A stretch of 63,974 nt of DNA, the filler included, from Guillardia theta CCMP2712 (taxonomy: Eukaryota > Protista > Cryptophyta): NCBI RefSeq assembly GCF_000315625.1. It is 7 parts of 7 records of this genome, joined end to end, with 100 filler letters (N's around TTAATTAATTAA, not from the genome) between each part and the next. Parts side by side here need not be neighbours in the genome. Positions count along the whole stretch, not along the records: positions 1 to 5,585 come from NW_005434173.1; positions 5,686 to 14,404 come from NW_005434494.1; 5 more parts are not named here. One strand, given 5' to 3'. Positions 1-11,300 of this stretch are shown here, one piece after another. Within the stretch, counting starts at the first letter, position 1; each line of letters opens with the position of its first letter. The position numbers and the translations under genes are program-made. The notes beneath the pieces are model-generated. The model had not been told where the DNA came from and did no database searches. It saw nothing but the letters and a program-made list of their open reading frames with translations.

Positions 1-522
1 CCGCCTCTTCTCCAGCTTCTTTCAATCAGAGAACACGCTCATGACTGGGCTGAAGCTGCGGGGTAGGAGGGGGGGCGCGCACTCTCAGATCGGTCTGCTG
101 TAGACGCTCGCGTGCTGAAGCGCTACAGGTGCCCGACGGCCTCAAGCACCACGACATGCTCGTTCCGATGGACAAGCTCGGGATCCATTGCCTGAGGTCG
201 CAACTTCGTTTTCGACCTTTTGAGGCTCGTGACCGGTCACGAGGACCAGACTGGGATTGGAAGCGAAAAGCCTCAAGTTCGNNNNNNNNNNNNNNNNNNN
301 NNNNNNNNNNNNNNNNNNNNNNNNNNNNNNNNNNNNNNNNNNNNNNNNNNNNNNNNNNNNNNNNNNNNNNNNNNNNNNNNNCGCGCCGATCGCCTAGACC
401 TCACCGCTCAGCCCCAGGCCTACTCTCTCGCCAGCCGTCCCTGCCTGCCCCTATAAGATCACCAGGACAAGGCCAGAGCCTCGGCTCACGCTTGCCATCC
501 CGCACTCCCTCCCAGCCTGACC

Positions 523-927
523 ATGACCTGCTCTCCTGCTTCTATCGTCCTCGTCGAGTCTAGCGTCCGGTGGTACCGCCCCGCCTCCTGCCTCCCTTCA
601 AGCTCCCGGCCCAAGCGGCTCCTCCTCAGCCCCGACCAGCTCCGCTACCTCGAGCGCCTCCAGGACAAGCAGCGGCTGGCCAGCTCGGAGACCTGTGCGC
701 AAGGGGAGGAGGACGCTGGGGCGGCTCGCGGAGGCAGGACGTCAGAGTCGAGACAGGCGTCAGCGGCAAGGCCGAGCCTGCTTGACGAGATAGGCAGAGT
801 GCGGGAGAGCAGGGGGGCGACCGCCCGGAGACAGCGAGACGGGAGGAAGAGGAGGGCCCCGGAGGCGGGGAGAGCGGAGGAGGAGTGTAGCCGCGAGCTT
901 GCGGTGTGGGGGCAGAAGTGCATGTAA
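523..927 (+). CDS. Repeated 134-aa orphan ORF, copy 1
   Basis: ATG..TAA ORF kept open in the three complete copies; TATAAGA ~70 bp upstream; AT-rich 3' tail; no recognisable domain. Confidence 0.4.
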   Translation: MTCSPASIVLVESSVRWYRPASCLPSSSRPKRLLLSPDQLRYLERLQDKQRLASSETCAQGEEDAGAARGGRTSESRQASAARPSLLDEIGRVRESRGATARRQRDGRKRRAPEAGRAEEECSRELAVWGQKCM

Positions 928-2973
928 TGTAATAGCTTGTGAATAGAGTGTGAATGCGCAAGGCCAGACTGACACGCTCCGCCCCCGCATCTTCAGGACG
1001 ACGCCGTCACGGTGATGGCGGCTATGCGGATGCTGGCGGGGAGTCCGAGAGGGCTCAGTGAAGCGGGGGAGCGAGCTGCGTGTATGGGTAGAGGGGGTAG
1101 AGGCTGGGTATGCTTGTGCCACTGCGTAGGGGCGGGAGAGTGGAAGAAGGCCCTGCCTGGCGGAGGCGGGCAGGCCTCGAGGGCTTGGGAGGGAGAAAGG
1201 GAGGAGCTTGGCACGTCGCNNNNNNNNNNNNNNNNNNNNNNNNNNNNNNNNNNNNNNNNNNNNNNNNNNNNNNNNNNNNNNNNNNNNNNNNNNNNNNNNN
1301 NNNNNNNNNNNNNNNNNNNNNNNNNNNNNNNNNNNNNNNNNNNNNNNNNNNNNNNNNNNNNNNNNNNNNNNNNNNNNNNNNNNNNNNNNNNNNNNNNNNN
1401 NNNNNNNNNNNNNNNNNNNNNNNNNNNNNNNNNNNNNNNNNNNNNNNNNNNNNNNNNNNNNNNNNNNNNNNNNNNNNNNNNNNNNNNNNNNNNNNNNNNN
1501 NNNNNNNNNNNNNNNNNNNNNNNNNNNNNNNNNNNNNNNNNNNNNNNNNNNNNNNNNNNNNNNNNNNNNNNNNNNNNNNNNNNNNNNNNNNNNNNNNNNN
1601 NNNNNNNNNNNNNNNNNNNNNNNNNNNNNNNNNNNNNNNNNNNNNNNNNNNNNNNNNNNNNNNNNNNNNNNNNNNNNNNNNNNNNNNNNNNNNNNNNNNN
1701 NNNNNNNNNNNNNNNNNNNNNNNNNNNNNNNNNNNNNNNNNNNNNNNNNNNNNNNNNNNNNNNNNNNNNNNNNNNNNNNNNNNNNNNNNNNNNNNNNNNN
1801 NNNNNNNNNNNNNNNNNNNNNNNNNNNNNNNNNNNNNNNNNNNNNNNNNNNNNNNNNNNNNNNNNNNNNNNNNNNNNNNNNNNNNNNNNNNNGGACAAGC
1901 AGCGGCTGGCCAGCTCGGAGACCTGTGCGCAAGGGGAGGAGGACGCTGGGGCGGCTCGCGGCGGCAGGACGTCAGAGTCGAGACAGGCGTCAGCGGCAAG
2001 GCCGAGCCTGCTTGACGAGATAGGCAGAGTGCGGGAGAGCAGGGGGGCGACCGCCCGGAGACAGCGAGACGGGAGGAAGAGGAGGGCCCCGGAGGCGGGG
2101 AGAGCGGAGGAGGAGTGTAGCCGCGAGCTTGCGGTGTGCGGGGAGAAGTGCATGTAATGTAATAGCTTGTGAATAGAGTGTGAATGCGCAAGGCCAGACT
2201 GAAACGCTCCGCCCCATGATGGCGGGGGCTGAGTTGATGATTGTGCTGCACTGCGGGGGGGCTTGGGGTTGGAAGAAGGTGCTGCCTGAGAGTAGTGGCT
2301 GTTTATGTAGTATGCGTTGGTCTATTCACAGACTGGGGCATCACGGGAGGGGTACTAAGTGAGTGTGAGGGGAGCTTTGAGTCTGCCGTTGCATGCTCGT
2401 GTCAGCTCGGATCGCTCAGGTGGCTGAGGGAGGCGCTTGGCACGTCGCTTGCCATCCCGGGCTGGTGATACGTCTAGATGCAAACCCGCCTCTTCTCCAG
2501 CTTCTTTCAATCAGAGAACACGCTCATGACTGGGCTGAAGCTGCGGGGTAGGAGGGGGGGCGCGCACACTCAGATCGGTTTGCTGTAGATGCTCGCGTGC
2601 TGAAGCGCTACAGGTGCCCGACGGCCTCAAGCACCACGACATGCTCGTTCCGATGGACAAGCTCGGGATCCATTGGCTGAGGTCTCAACTTCGTTTGCGA
2701 CCTTTTGAGGCTCGTGACCGGTCACGAGGACCAGACTGGGATTGGAAGCGAAAAGCCTCAAGTTCGGATCGCCTTGAGGCTGACTTGCATGGCCTCCGCA
2801 TCGCAATGACCTCTTCTCGTTACCGGGCGGCACCCGCCAAGGAGGCCTAAACCTCAACCGCTCAGCCCCAGGCCTACTCTCTCCGTGCCACACTCGTGAC
2901 TTTTGCTGATCACCAGGACAAGGCCAGAGCCTCGGCTCACGCTTGCCATCCCGCACTCCCTCCCAGCCTGACC

Positions 2974-3384
2974 ATGACCTGCTCTCCTGCTTCTATCGTC
3001 CTCGTCGACTCTAGCGTCCGGTGGTACCGCCCCGCCTCCTGCCTCCCTTCAAGCTCCCGGCCCAAGCGGCTCCTCCTCAGCCCCGACCAGCTCCGCTACC
3101 TCGAGCGCCTCCAGGACAAGCAGCGGCTGGCCAGCTCGGAGACCTGTGCGCAAGGGGAGGAGGACGCTGGGGCGGCTCGCGGCGGCAGGACGTCAGAGTC
3201 GAGACAGGCGTCAGCGGCAAGGCCGAGCCTGCTTGACGAGATAGGCAGAGTGCGGGAGAGCAGGGGGGCGACCGCCCGGAGACAGCGAGACGGGAGGAAG
3301 AGGAGGGCCCCGGAGGCGGGGAGAGCGGAGGAGGAGTGTAGCCGCGAGCTTGCGGTGTGGGGGGCACAAGTGCATGTAATGTAA
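2974..3384 (+). CDS. Repeated orphan ORF, copy 3 (altered C-terminus)
   Basis: Same ORF; a small indel in the G-run near the end changes the last residues; upstream TATAAGA replaced by other sequence. Confidence 0.35.
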   Translation: MTCSPASIVLVDSSVRWYRPASCLPSSSRPKRLLLSPDQLRYLERLQDKQRLASSETCAQGEEDAGAARGGRTSESRQASAARPSLLDEIGRVRESRGATARRQRDGRKRRAPEAGRAEEECSRELAVWGAQVHVM

Positions 3385-4459
3385 TAGCTTGTGAATAGAG
3401 TGTGAATGCGCAAGGCCAGACTGACACGCTCCGCCCCGTGATGGCGGGGGCTGAGTCACGGTGATGGCGGCTATGCGGATGCTGGCGGGGAGTCCGAGAG
3501 GGCTCAGTGAAGAGCAGAGGCTGTTTATGTAGTATGCGTTGGTCTACTCTCAGTATGCTTTGTGCCACTNNNNNNNNNNNNNNNNNNNNNNNNNNNNNNN
3601 NNNNNNNNNNNNNNNNNNNNNNNNNNNNNNNNNNNNNNNNNNNNNNNNNNNNNNNNNNNNNNNNNNNNNGGGAGAGTGGAAGAAAGGCCCTGCCTGGCGG
3701 AGTCGGCAAGTCCTCGAGGGCCTGGGAGGGAGAAAGGGAGGAGGCTTGGGAGAAGGCACGGGCAAGAAGGCATGAGAGGAGGGGCGAGAGCTTGGGACTC
3801 GGCCACTGGGAGCTGAAGGGCTCGGGTGAGCGATGGTATCTCTAGTAGTATATCTGGTTTGGTATCTTTCCTTCCCGGCGTCTCTACCCCAGGCCTCCTC
3901 CCCTGCGTCTCCATGAGCAGGTCGGGCAGCGGGTGCGCTTTGAGACATGCGAGCAGCAGGAGGAGGACGCGACGGGATCAAGCTCCGAGACACGAGGCAA
4001 AAGCTTGCGGGGGAGGGGAGGAAGAGCGTTCTCAATACTGCAAGGCAGCATGTTTGTATCGTACGGGCTGTACGGCTACTTGACTTGGTTGACGCATGTC
4101 TTGATCCAGAGCGACTCATCCACTGCGACCGTTTGTGCCTCGTGACTCGGGTCACACGGACAAGTAGAGTACTGCCCCTATTGAGATCCGATCTTATCTC
4201 AGGAGGCACATCCGTCTTCGAAATCGAGCCCTTTCGTCCCACGAGGCCGCCTGCGGCCACAAACCCCACGCATGTGCGCCCTTCCTGCTTCTCATGGGGG
4301 CGTATCTCAAGCCTCCCAAGCCTTTCTCGCACCGCTTCGTACCCGCTGACCTGCTTCAGCCATGACGCCAGCCGTCCCTGCCTGCCCCTATAAGATCACC
4401 AGGACAAGGCCAGAGCCTCGGCTCACGCTTGCCATCCCGCACTCCCTCCCAGCCTGACC

Positions 4460-4864
4460 ATGACCTGCTCTCCTGCTTCTATCGTCCTCGTCGAGTCTAG
4501 CGTCCGGTGGTACCGCCCCGCCTCCTGCCTCCCTTCAAGCTCCCGGCCCAAGCGGCTCCTCCTCAGCCCCGACCAGCTCCGCTACCTCGAGCGCCTCCAG
4601 GACAAGCAGCGGCTGGCCAGCTCGGAGACCTGTGCGCAAGGGGAGGAGGACGCTGGGGCGGCTCGCGGCGGCAGGACGTCAGAGTCGAGACAGGCGTCAG
4701 CGGCAAGGCCGAGCCTGCTTGACGAGATAGGCAGAGTGCGGGAGAGCAGGGGGGCGACCGCCCGGAGACAGCGAGACGGGAGGAAGAGGAGGGCCCCGGA
4801 GGCGGGGAGAGCGGAGGAGGAGTGTAGCCGCGAGCTTGCGGTGTGGGGGCAGAAGTGCATGTAA
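4460..4864 (+). CDS. Repeated 134-aa orphan ORF, copy 4
   Basis: Translation identical to 523..927; TATAAGA upstream. Confidence 0.4.
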   Translation: MTCSPASIVLVESSVRWYRPASCLPSSSRPKRLLLSPDQLRYLERLQDKQRLASSETCAQGEEDAGAARGGRTSESRQASAARPSLLDEIGRVRESRGATARRQRDGRKRRAPEAGRAEEECSRELAVWGQKCM

Positions 4865-5629
4865 TGTAATAGCTTGTGAATAGAGTGTGAATGCGCAAGG
4901 CCAGACTGACACGCTCCGCCCCCGCATCTTCAGGACGACGCCGTCACGGTGATGGCGGCTATGCGGATGCTGGCGGGGAGTCCGAGAGGGCTCAGTGAAG
5001 CGGGGGAGCGAGCTGCGTGTATGGGTAGAGGGGGTAGAGGCTGGGTATGCTTGTGCCACTGCGTAGGGACGGGAGAGTGGAAGAAGGCCCTGCCTGGCGG
5101 AGGCGGGCAGGCCTCGAGGGCTTGGGAGGGAGAAAGGGAGGAGGCTTGGGAGAAGGCACGGGCAAGGAGGCATGAGAGGAGGGGCGAGAGCTTGGGAGTC
5201 GGGCAGTGGGAGCTGGGGGGGTCGGGTGAGCGATGGTATCTCTAGTAGTATATCTGCTTGGGTATCTTTCCTTCCCGGCGTCTCTACCCCAGGCCTCCTC
5301 CCCTGCGCCTCCATGAGCAGGTCGGGCAGCGGGTGCGCCTTGAGACATGCGAGCAGCAGGAGGAGGACGCGACGGGATCAAGCTCCGAGACACGAGGCAA
5401 AAGCTTGCGGGGGAGGGGAGGAAGAGCGTTCTCAATACTGCAAGGCAGCATGTTTGTATCGTACGGGCTGTACGGCTACTTGACTTGGTTGACGCATGTC
5501 TTGATCCAGAGCGACTCATCCACTGCGACCGTTTGTGCCTCGTGACTCGGGTCACACGGACAAGTAGAGTACTGCCCCTATTGAGNNNNNNNNNNNNNNN
5601 NNNNNNNNNNNNNNNNNNNNNNNNNNNNN

Positions 5630-5641
5630 TTAATTAATTAA
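5630..5641. other. Artificial scaffold linker TTAATTAATTAA in N padding (also 14449, 19699, 49740, 51567, 62878)
   Basis: Identical 12-mer with stops in all six frames, centred in ~44+44 Ns, six times. Confidence 0.97.
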
Positions 5642-6397
5642 NNNNNNNNNNNNNNNNNNNNNNNNNNNNNNNNNNNNNNNNNNNNGAGGAGGACGAGGAG
5701 GAGGACGAGGAAGGGGAGGGAGGGAGGGAGGGAGGGAGGGAGGAAGGGAGGGAGGGAGGGAGGACTGACGTTGCCTTGCAGCTGCAAAGAATCACGCATG
5801 ACATGGAGCTTCGACTGAACCGGCTCGAGGCGAGTAGATAGGTGGAGAGAGGAGGAGGAGAAGGAGAAATCTGATGCTGTGAGATCAGAATATCAAGGGA
5901 GTGATGACCAACTGAACATGCAAGGAGAGTCGGGACAGCAGTCACTGCAAACGTGCAAGATAAGATAGATAAGAAAGGTTCAGCGATTGAAGATCGATGA
6001 GCACATAGACTGAGTTTCAGTTGTGTCCTTGAACAAGAGCAATCTGTCATACGCCATGCTGGATGGATGAAAGCAGAGGGAGATCTCCTCTTCGCTTATT
6101 GATTCAAGATTGAGAATTGTTTTGTTTCGATCGTTTTCTTTCGATCAAAGAAGCGATGATGATTTGTTATCAATGAAGCTTTCGAAACAAATCGACAATG
6201 ATGATAAGCGTCAGCCCTTTTCGTTTGAGTTTCTAAAAATGATCGTACATATCTCATGACAGGTGTGTTGAAATTCAACAGTTCATTATTCTACAACCAT
6301 GTCTGTACACCTCCTCCCTCCTCCTCTTCCCCGTAACGCGAGGAAGGGAATACTCCAAACTCCACAAAGCCAGCAAGGCAATTGGTTGACTCCTCCT

Positions 6398-7213
6398 CTA
6401 GCTATCCTCCTGCTGCAGAAGGCTCCTCCTCTGCCTTATGAAGAATTTCTGAGCATGCGAGCGGACCTGAGAGGCTGTTCTCGTCCCCACCACCACAGCG
6501 ATCACCTCCGCTACCCCCGGACCGAGTCGGATGCATGTGTTGTGCGTGGTGGACTTGGGTCCGAACCTCTCCAGCCCTACCAGGAAACGACTATGCTCCT
6601 CTAACGTCCAGTGCCCGGTCCTGCACCTGACTCCGCGGATCGTCGTCTTCAGCTCCGGTCGCAGGTCACTCAAGGATGCAACTCGCTCTGCCTCGAAGGT
6701 AGGAACAGGTTCTGACTTGACTACGACCTCCTCCTGCTCCTTCCTTGTCTCCTCCTTGACCTCCTGCTTGACCACCGTGTAGGCCTTGCAGTCTACATCG
6801 CTGAACACGTTGTTCAGCATGTCATTGTCCATCAGGTTCTCCATCGTATCGTCAAGCTGCAGCAAGTCCGACTCGTCTCCCTTGCTCCCCTGCTGTGTCG
6901 GCTCGAAGTCGACGTCGCTAGGGTCCGAGATCGCGAAGCCATTCTGAGATCCGCTCTCCAGCGCAAGCTGATCGCTCTCGAGGAAGAGAGCGGACACAGC
7001 TTCATCGACCGTGTCGAAGTTCTTCATGCTCGCAGTCTCAACTTCGTACATGACCTGAACCTCGCTGCTCCCCTTGCACTCCTTGTGAAAAGACTCCAGG
7101 AAGGAAGGGTCGTAGAGAACCGTCTCGGAGTCGTCTTCGTACATTTCAAGCGCCATGCCGCGCAGGTTTGCCGTCTTGCTCGTCATGTTCACGGATTTCT
7201 TGGCAGCAAACAT
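6398..7213 (-). CDS. MYB-related transcription factor, SHAQKYF class
   Basis: Single-exon 271-aa ORF with GHWTLEEHSRFLVGLERFG...VGTRTASQVRSHAQKFF; acidic N-terminus. Confidence 0.92.
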   Translation of the reverse strand: MFAAKKSVNMTSKTANLRGMALEMYEDDSETVLYDPSFLESFHKECKGSSEVQVMYEVETASMKNFDTVDEAVSALFLESDQLALESGSQNGFAISDPSDVDFEPTQQGSKGDESDLLQLDDTMENLMDNDMLNNVFSDVDCKAYTVVKQEVKEETRKEQEEVVVKSEPVPTFEAERVASLSDLRPELKTTIRGVRCRTGHWTLEEHSRFLVGLERFGPKSTTHNTCIRLGPGVAEVIAVVVGTRTASQVRSHAQKFFIRQRRSLLQQEDS

Positions 7214-9599
7214 TCTTAAATATCTCAGAGATGAACAGAAACTGTTCAGGGTCTCCTTGCGATGAAATAGTCAATCCGACCAAACAATCGGGAACTAGTC
7301 GCCCTGCTCTACCAGTCTCAACAAGAAAGCAAAGCAACAAAGAGAGACTGGGCAAATGTTCTCCGACTAATCAGCACCCGATCCAACTTTGTGTCTTACA
7401 GAAGCTTCACGACAAGGCGAGGTATGGAATGTCGCTACGAGGGATGCGTCCAATCAAATACAGCAAAATCGCCAGGATGGAAAGCGTCGAAGGGGAGGGG
7501 ATAGGAAGTCGATGAGGGGAAACAAGAAGAAGAAGAAGAGTCAAGGGAGGGAGGGAGATTGTTGGCAGTGGAGCAAGGAGGAGGATTTGCAGCAAGGTAT
7601 GCAGACCGTGTGGTGTGAGGAGTGGTTGGGATGGATGAAGGTTTGGAAAACCGGGGGGGGGAGAGATAACGGGGGCCAGGGATAGGGAAGATCGAAAGTA
7701 AGTCCTTTCATTTTTTTGAAGCTCGAAGGGGTGTGTTTAATAAGACTTTTAAGCATCCCGTCGTTTAAAACGGTAATAGTCATCTGCTAGCGAAGGACAT
7801 GGTGACATCTCAAGGTCAGAGGGGGGTGGGGGTGCAACATAGTTAAGGCTAAAGGGGAAAAGGTGGGTACGTTTCTGGGCTTAGGCTGGGTACATCAGGC
7901 AGAAACCGACCGAGGTAGGGTAGGGTGAGCTAGGCGAGGAGGTAAAGCACCATTGCTGGGGAGACCGGTGGGCCATCAAATTTGTAGGGGTACTCCACAT
8001 TGTTTCTTTTTGTCGCTGGTAAAAATGGTGGGTTATTTGATGGGGAAAGTGTGGTAGGGTACATATTGACTTCATCCAAAATGAGGGTAGGGTTATTTGA
8101 GTTGGGGTAGGGGGTTATTTTAATGGTACCATATTCGTAGTTTTCGCAAAAAAAGGGGAAATAGGGTGGGGGTCTTGCAAGGGAAATGGAGGGGTCATTG
8201 ATAATGTCTCACACATAGTGGTCGGGGTGGTAAAAAATCCATGGGTCCATCCTCGCATGGCCCAAAAATTGCTCAAAAAAGGGGTACTTTTACGATGAAA
8301 ATGGGGGGGAGAAATCGCAGTCTTGGGTCCTTTCCAACATGAGTAAGGTGGGGTAGGGTGTGTAGACTTGGAGAACAAAGGGGTACGAGTTGGTCAGAAA
8401 TGAGGTCGGGGGGGGTAGGGTATGCTGACTATTCAGTAACAATTTGAAATCAACTCTTTTCGACCTCTGCTCGTCAGCATCGCACGAGCGGAGTGTGAAT
8501 GCCCCTATATATCCCTAGATCCTACGGAGATCACTATGACTTGGTGTGTAGTCTGGTGCTAGAAAAATACCCCACCCCCAAATATCCTTTTCTGGACCCC
8601 ATTTTTTCAAACACTTGCAGAATCCCTTGTAAGCTCCACCCCTACCCACCCTGAACATGGCTTGAGCCCCACCTCCAGTACCCCCTGTACTGATCCACCC
8701 CAAGTCATGTTTCACCCCACCCCCTATCTTTGAGTCAACAATCTAATCTAGGAGTAGCCCACGTGTGTTCTAATATTTTATAATTGTGTCATTAATGTAA
8801 GCTTCACATGGACGTACTATCTCAATGCAGGAAAACAACTTTCGATTATCACCATTAAATATGACCCACCTATGCTCTCTGCTGTATGACCCCACCAGTA
8901 GGAAAGTACCCACCCCCATGATACTGATTCTTCTGGCGCCTGCGGAAAAATTGATCCGGAAACAAAAGGGCCCGCGCAATGCCAGTCAAGTTTCCGAGAC
9001 AGAGGGGGTGGTCGAAACATTTGGTCTGTAAAGAGGGGTTATATTGAGGAATTTTTCTCTCAAAAGTAGGGGTATGCAAAAAAACGAGGGGGTACTGTTG
9101 GCCCGGGCCTCCGTGCTGACCTCCCGGGGTGCCGGTACAGTCGACTCTCTTGATGTTTAACTTAACTTTGAGTAAAAGTTAGTGGCAGTATGAGAATGGG
9201 CAATCATCAATTTCCGGTGAACAAAAGTTTTGTTCATCGGAAATTGAGAAAAAATTGGATTGGGCGCAACACACAAACTAACAAAATGGTTCTCTTGAAC
9301 GCGGGAAATGACGGCTGGCAGAGCATGAGAGCAAGGCCGATCACGCTCAACAGCTCTTACCTGCTGCGAATGCTCACTTGGGGAATCCCGGCATGACCAC
9401 CCCATTCCTTCAGGGGAAGACGATACTCCACCACCGGGAGAAGGCATGTGGGATTGATCGCCCTCGCTTGGGAGCCATGCCGATCCCCACACGTTTTGTG
9501 TTGGTTGGTTTGGGGTCAATCGTCATTTCAAGCGCAGAGGTACAAGGCCCCGAATCTGCCGTAGGAGAGACGCTGATCGTTTGTTTTGCCTGCAGGGAT

Positions 9600-11300
9600 T
9601 GCTTTCCCAACCCTCTTGTTTACGAATACAAGGAGGGGCAGGTAAACCTTCAAACAGCGAGCTGGAGGCGGCGAAGGCAAAGCTGGAACAGGCACGTGCA
9701 AGCAGGGACGAGATGCTGATATTCCAGGCGCATGATGATTTGCACCACCATAATTCTGAACTTGCGAGCTATCGCGCATCGTTAGCTTTTCCTATGGACT
9801 ACCAAGGTAATCTTCCTGTTATTATTTTTTCCAAACCCGTGTGAGAGCGGGTGTTTTTTGATATAGACATCCAAGGCAGTCGTACTGATGGAATGCTGTT
9901 TGATAGTGCTAAGCGCTTTGGTTTCGAAATTTCGCCTTTCACGCCTTTCGCTGGAAGATGCAGCTAATGGCTTGAAGGAGAACCTAAAAAATGTACTTGA
10001 ACCAAGGAACAGTAATTTCAGCGATTTCAATCCTATCGACAAAGTAGTGGAAGTTACAAGCAATGACAATAGTGTAACAGTTTCATGTATGATCGAGGCA
10101 TGCTCGGGAAGCGGGAAATCTCTGTGTGCTGCAGACTACTTTTCTCGACACCCGACGACCTCGCTATACTTCGTGTTCGAATAAGTCCACGAACAGGAAA
10201 TCTATTCAAAAGTACAAGACCTGACGTGTATCATGAACGCAGCTATCGATCTAAACCTTCGACAGTATAATTCCAGTATCAATGTCTTCAAGATCGTGTC
10301 AGGTGAGTCGACGGAGATCTCATCGATCAAGCTGGAGGACTACAGTTGGAACGTTCTTGGCACACTCGGCTATCTGTTTGGCAAGACCGCAACGCCCGCC
10401 AAGGTAACAGTGAAGCAAGCAAGGACCTGGATGTCGCAGCAGAAGTTGTGGGTTCTGGTTGATGAAGCGATTCCGAGGGAGAAAAGCAGCTTCGGTGTTG
10501 TTGACGCATTGGAGAGACTTTTGCTCCTGAAAAGAATTCTCCGTAATGCGGGTTTTCATTGCATCATGTTAGGATCTAACACTTTAGTGATGAATTTCAA
10601 TGAAGCTACGCGACAGACGTTGGACAGCCGAGGCAAGAGCAAGCAGATCATCTGCGTCACCCATTGAGCCCTCCCTCCGATGATGCTACGATCAGCGAAG
10701 CAGAGAATTCTTCTCAAGCGACTGTTTGGGGAGGACAAGATCTCATTGTTGCTCGACAACGTGAACCCATGGTTATGCAGTGCTTTCTTGGAAGGAGTGA
10801 ACGTCGATATATCAGTGGAAGACCCCGCAACTTTATTTCGTAACCTAGCTTATCATGTTCTGCAGCGTCTACGATCCGACAAGAAGAATTTCAACGACGC
10901 ATCCTTGTATTCTATGTATTCTATTTTCACGAAGATATGTCTCGAGATGCAGAGGGATTTCGTCAAGTCTTGACTCCGTGCTTCTCGAATCTTGTTCCCC
11001 TTCGCGAAGGTGAAGAGCATGTAAATGAAAGTGAAGCGTACGGCTGCTATATGCGTTGCAAAAATAGTCAGAGACGGGACGGAATCTTCTACAGTCCCGT
11101 CGGTCAGGATGGAAGCAGAAAATCGGGACGTGCAGAGTTCAAGAACCGGAGACAGGCGGTTAGTGCATCGCAGCTGAAAAAGATTGTGAAGAAGTTATCT
11201 AGGCATGGGCACGACCTGCTGTTTTTCATGGCATCAAAGCTGAGAAAGTTCGAGAGCGAGCGAATTTTACCTTGTGGCGAAGAGGAGAGCTGGTTGCTGT
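9600..11300 (+). pseudogene. Decayed Crinkler/RHS-type gene: helical header, P-loop NTPase and PD-(D/E)xK nuclease-like domain
   Basis: Walker A EACSGSGKS, Walker B LWVLVDEA, same-frame ORFs broken by stops at 10182, 10665 and 10971; downstream RRDGIF...AEFKN motif in a shifted frame. Confidence 0.6.

Larger units (their letters stand above)
1..5585. repeat. Mosaic tandem/segmental repeat array with 4 copies of a ~550-bp core and shuffled flanking modules
   Basis: Near-identical core at ~432-975, 1893-2215 (partial, next to gap), 2909-3440 and 4369-4920; module 1-281 recurs at 2487-2766; module ~3680-4185 recurs at ~5080-5585. Confidence 0.9.

Noticed and set aside
765-830. WH2 actin-binding motif (RPSLLDEI) in the repeated ORF
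   Set aside because: It lacks the following LKKV-type motif and is too short to support a call.
915-990. 5.8S rRNA or snRNA inside the tandem repeat
   Set aside because: Only a vague GTGAAT resemblance; no conserved rRNA, snRNA or tRNA core was found.
760-2251. Long ORFs spanning N runs (also 16569-17423 and 56854-58327)
   Set aside because: Their length comes from X residues in assembly gaps.
5586-5685. TTAATTAATTAA as a biological motif, and gene clusters spanning it
   Set aside because: It is always centred in fixed N padding, so it is a concatenation linker and neighbours across it are not linked.
10182-10973. Stop-codon reassignment or selenocysteine in the NTPase gene
   Set aside because: Both TAA and TGA occur together with frameshifts, and neighbouring genes use standard stops; decay is the simpler explanation.
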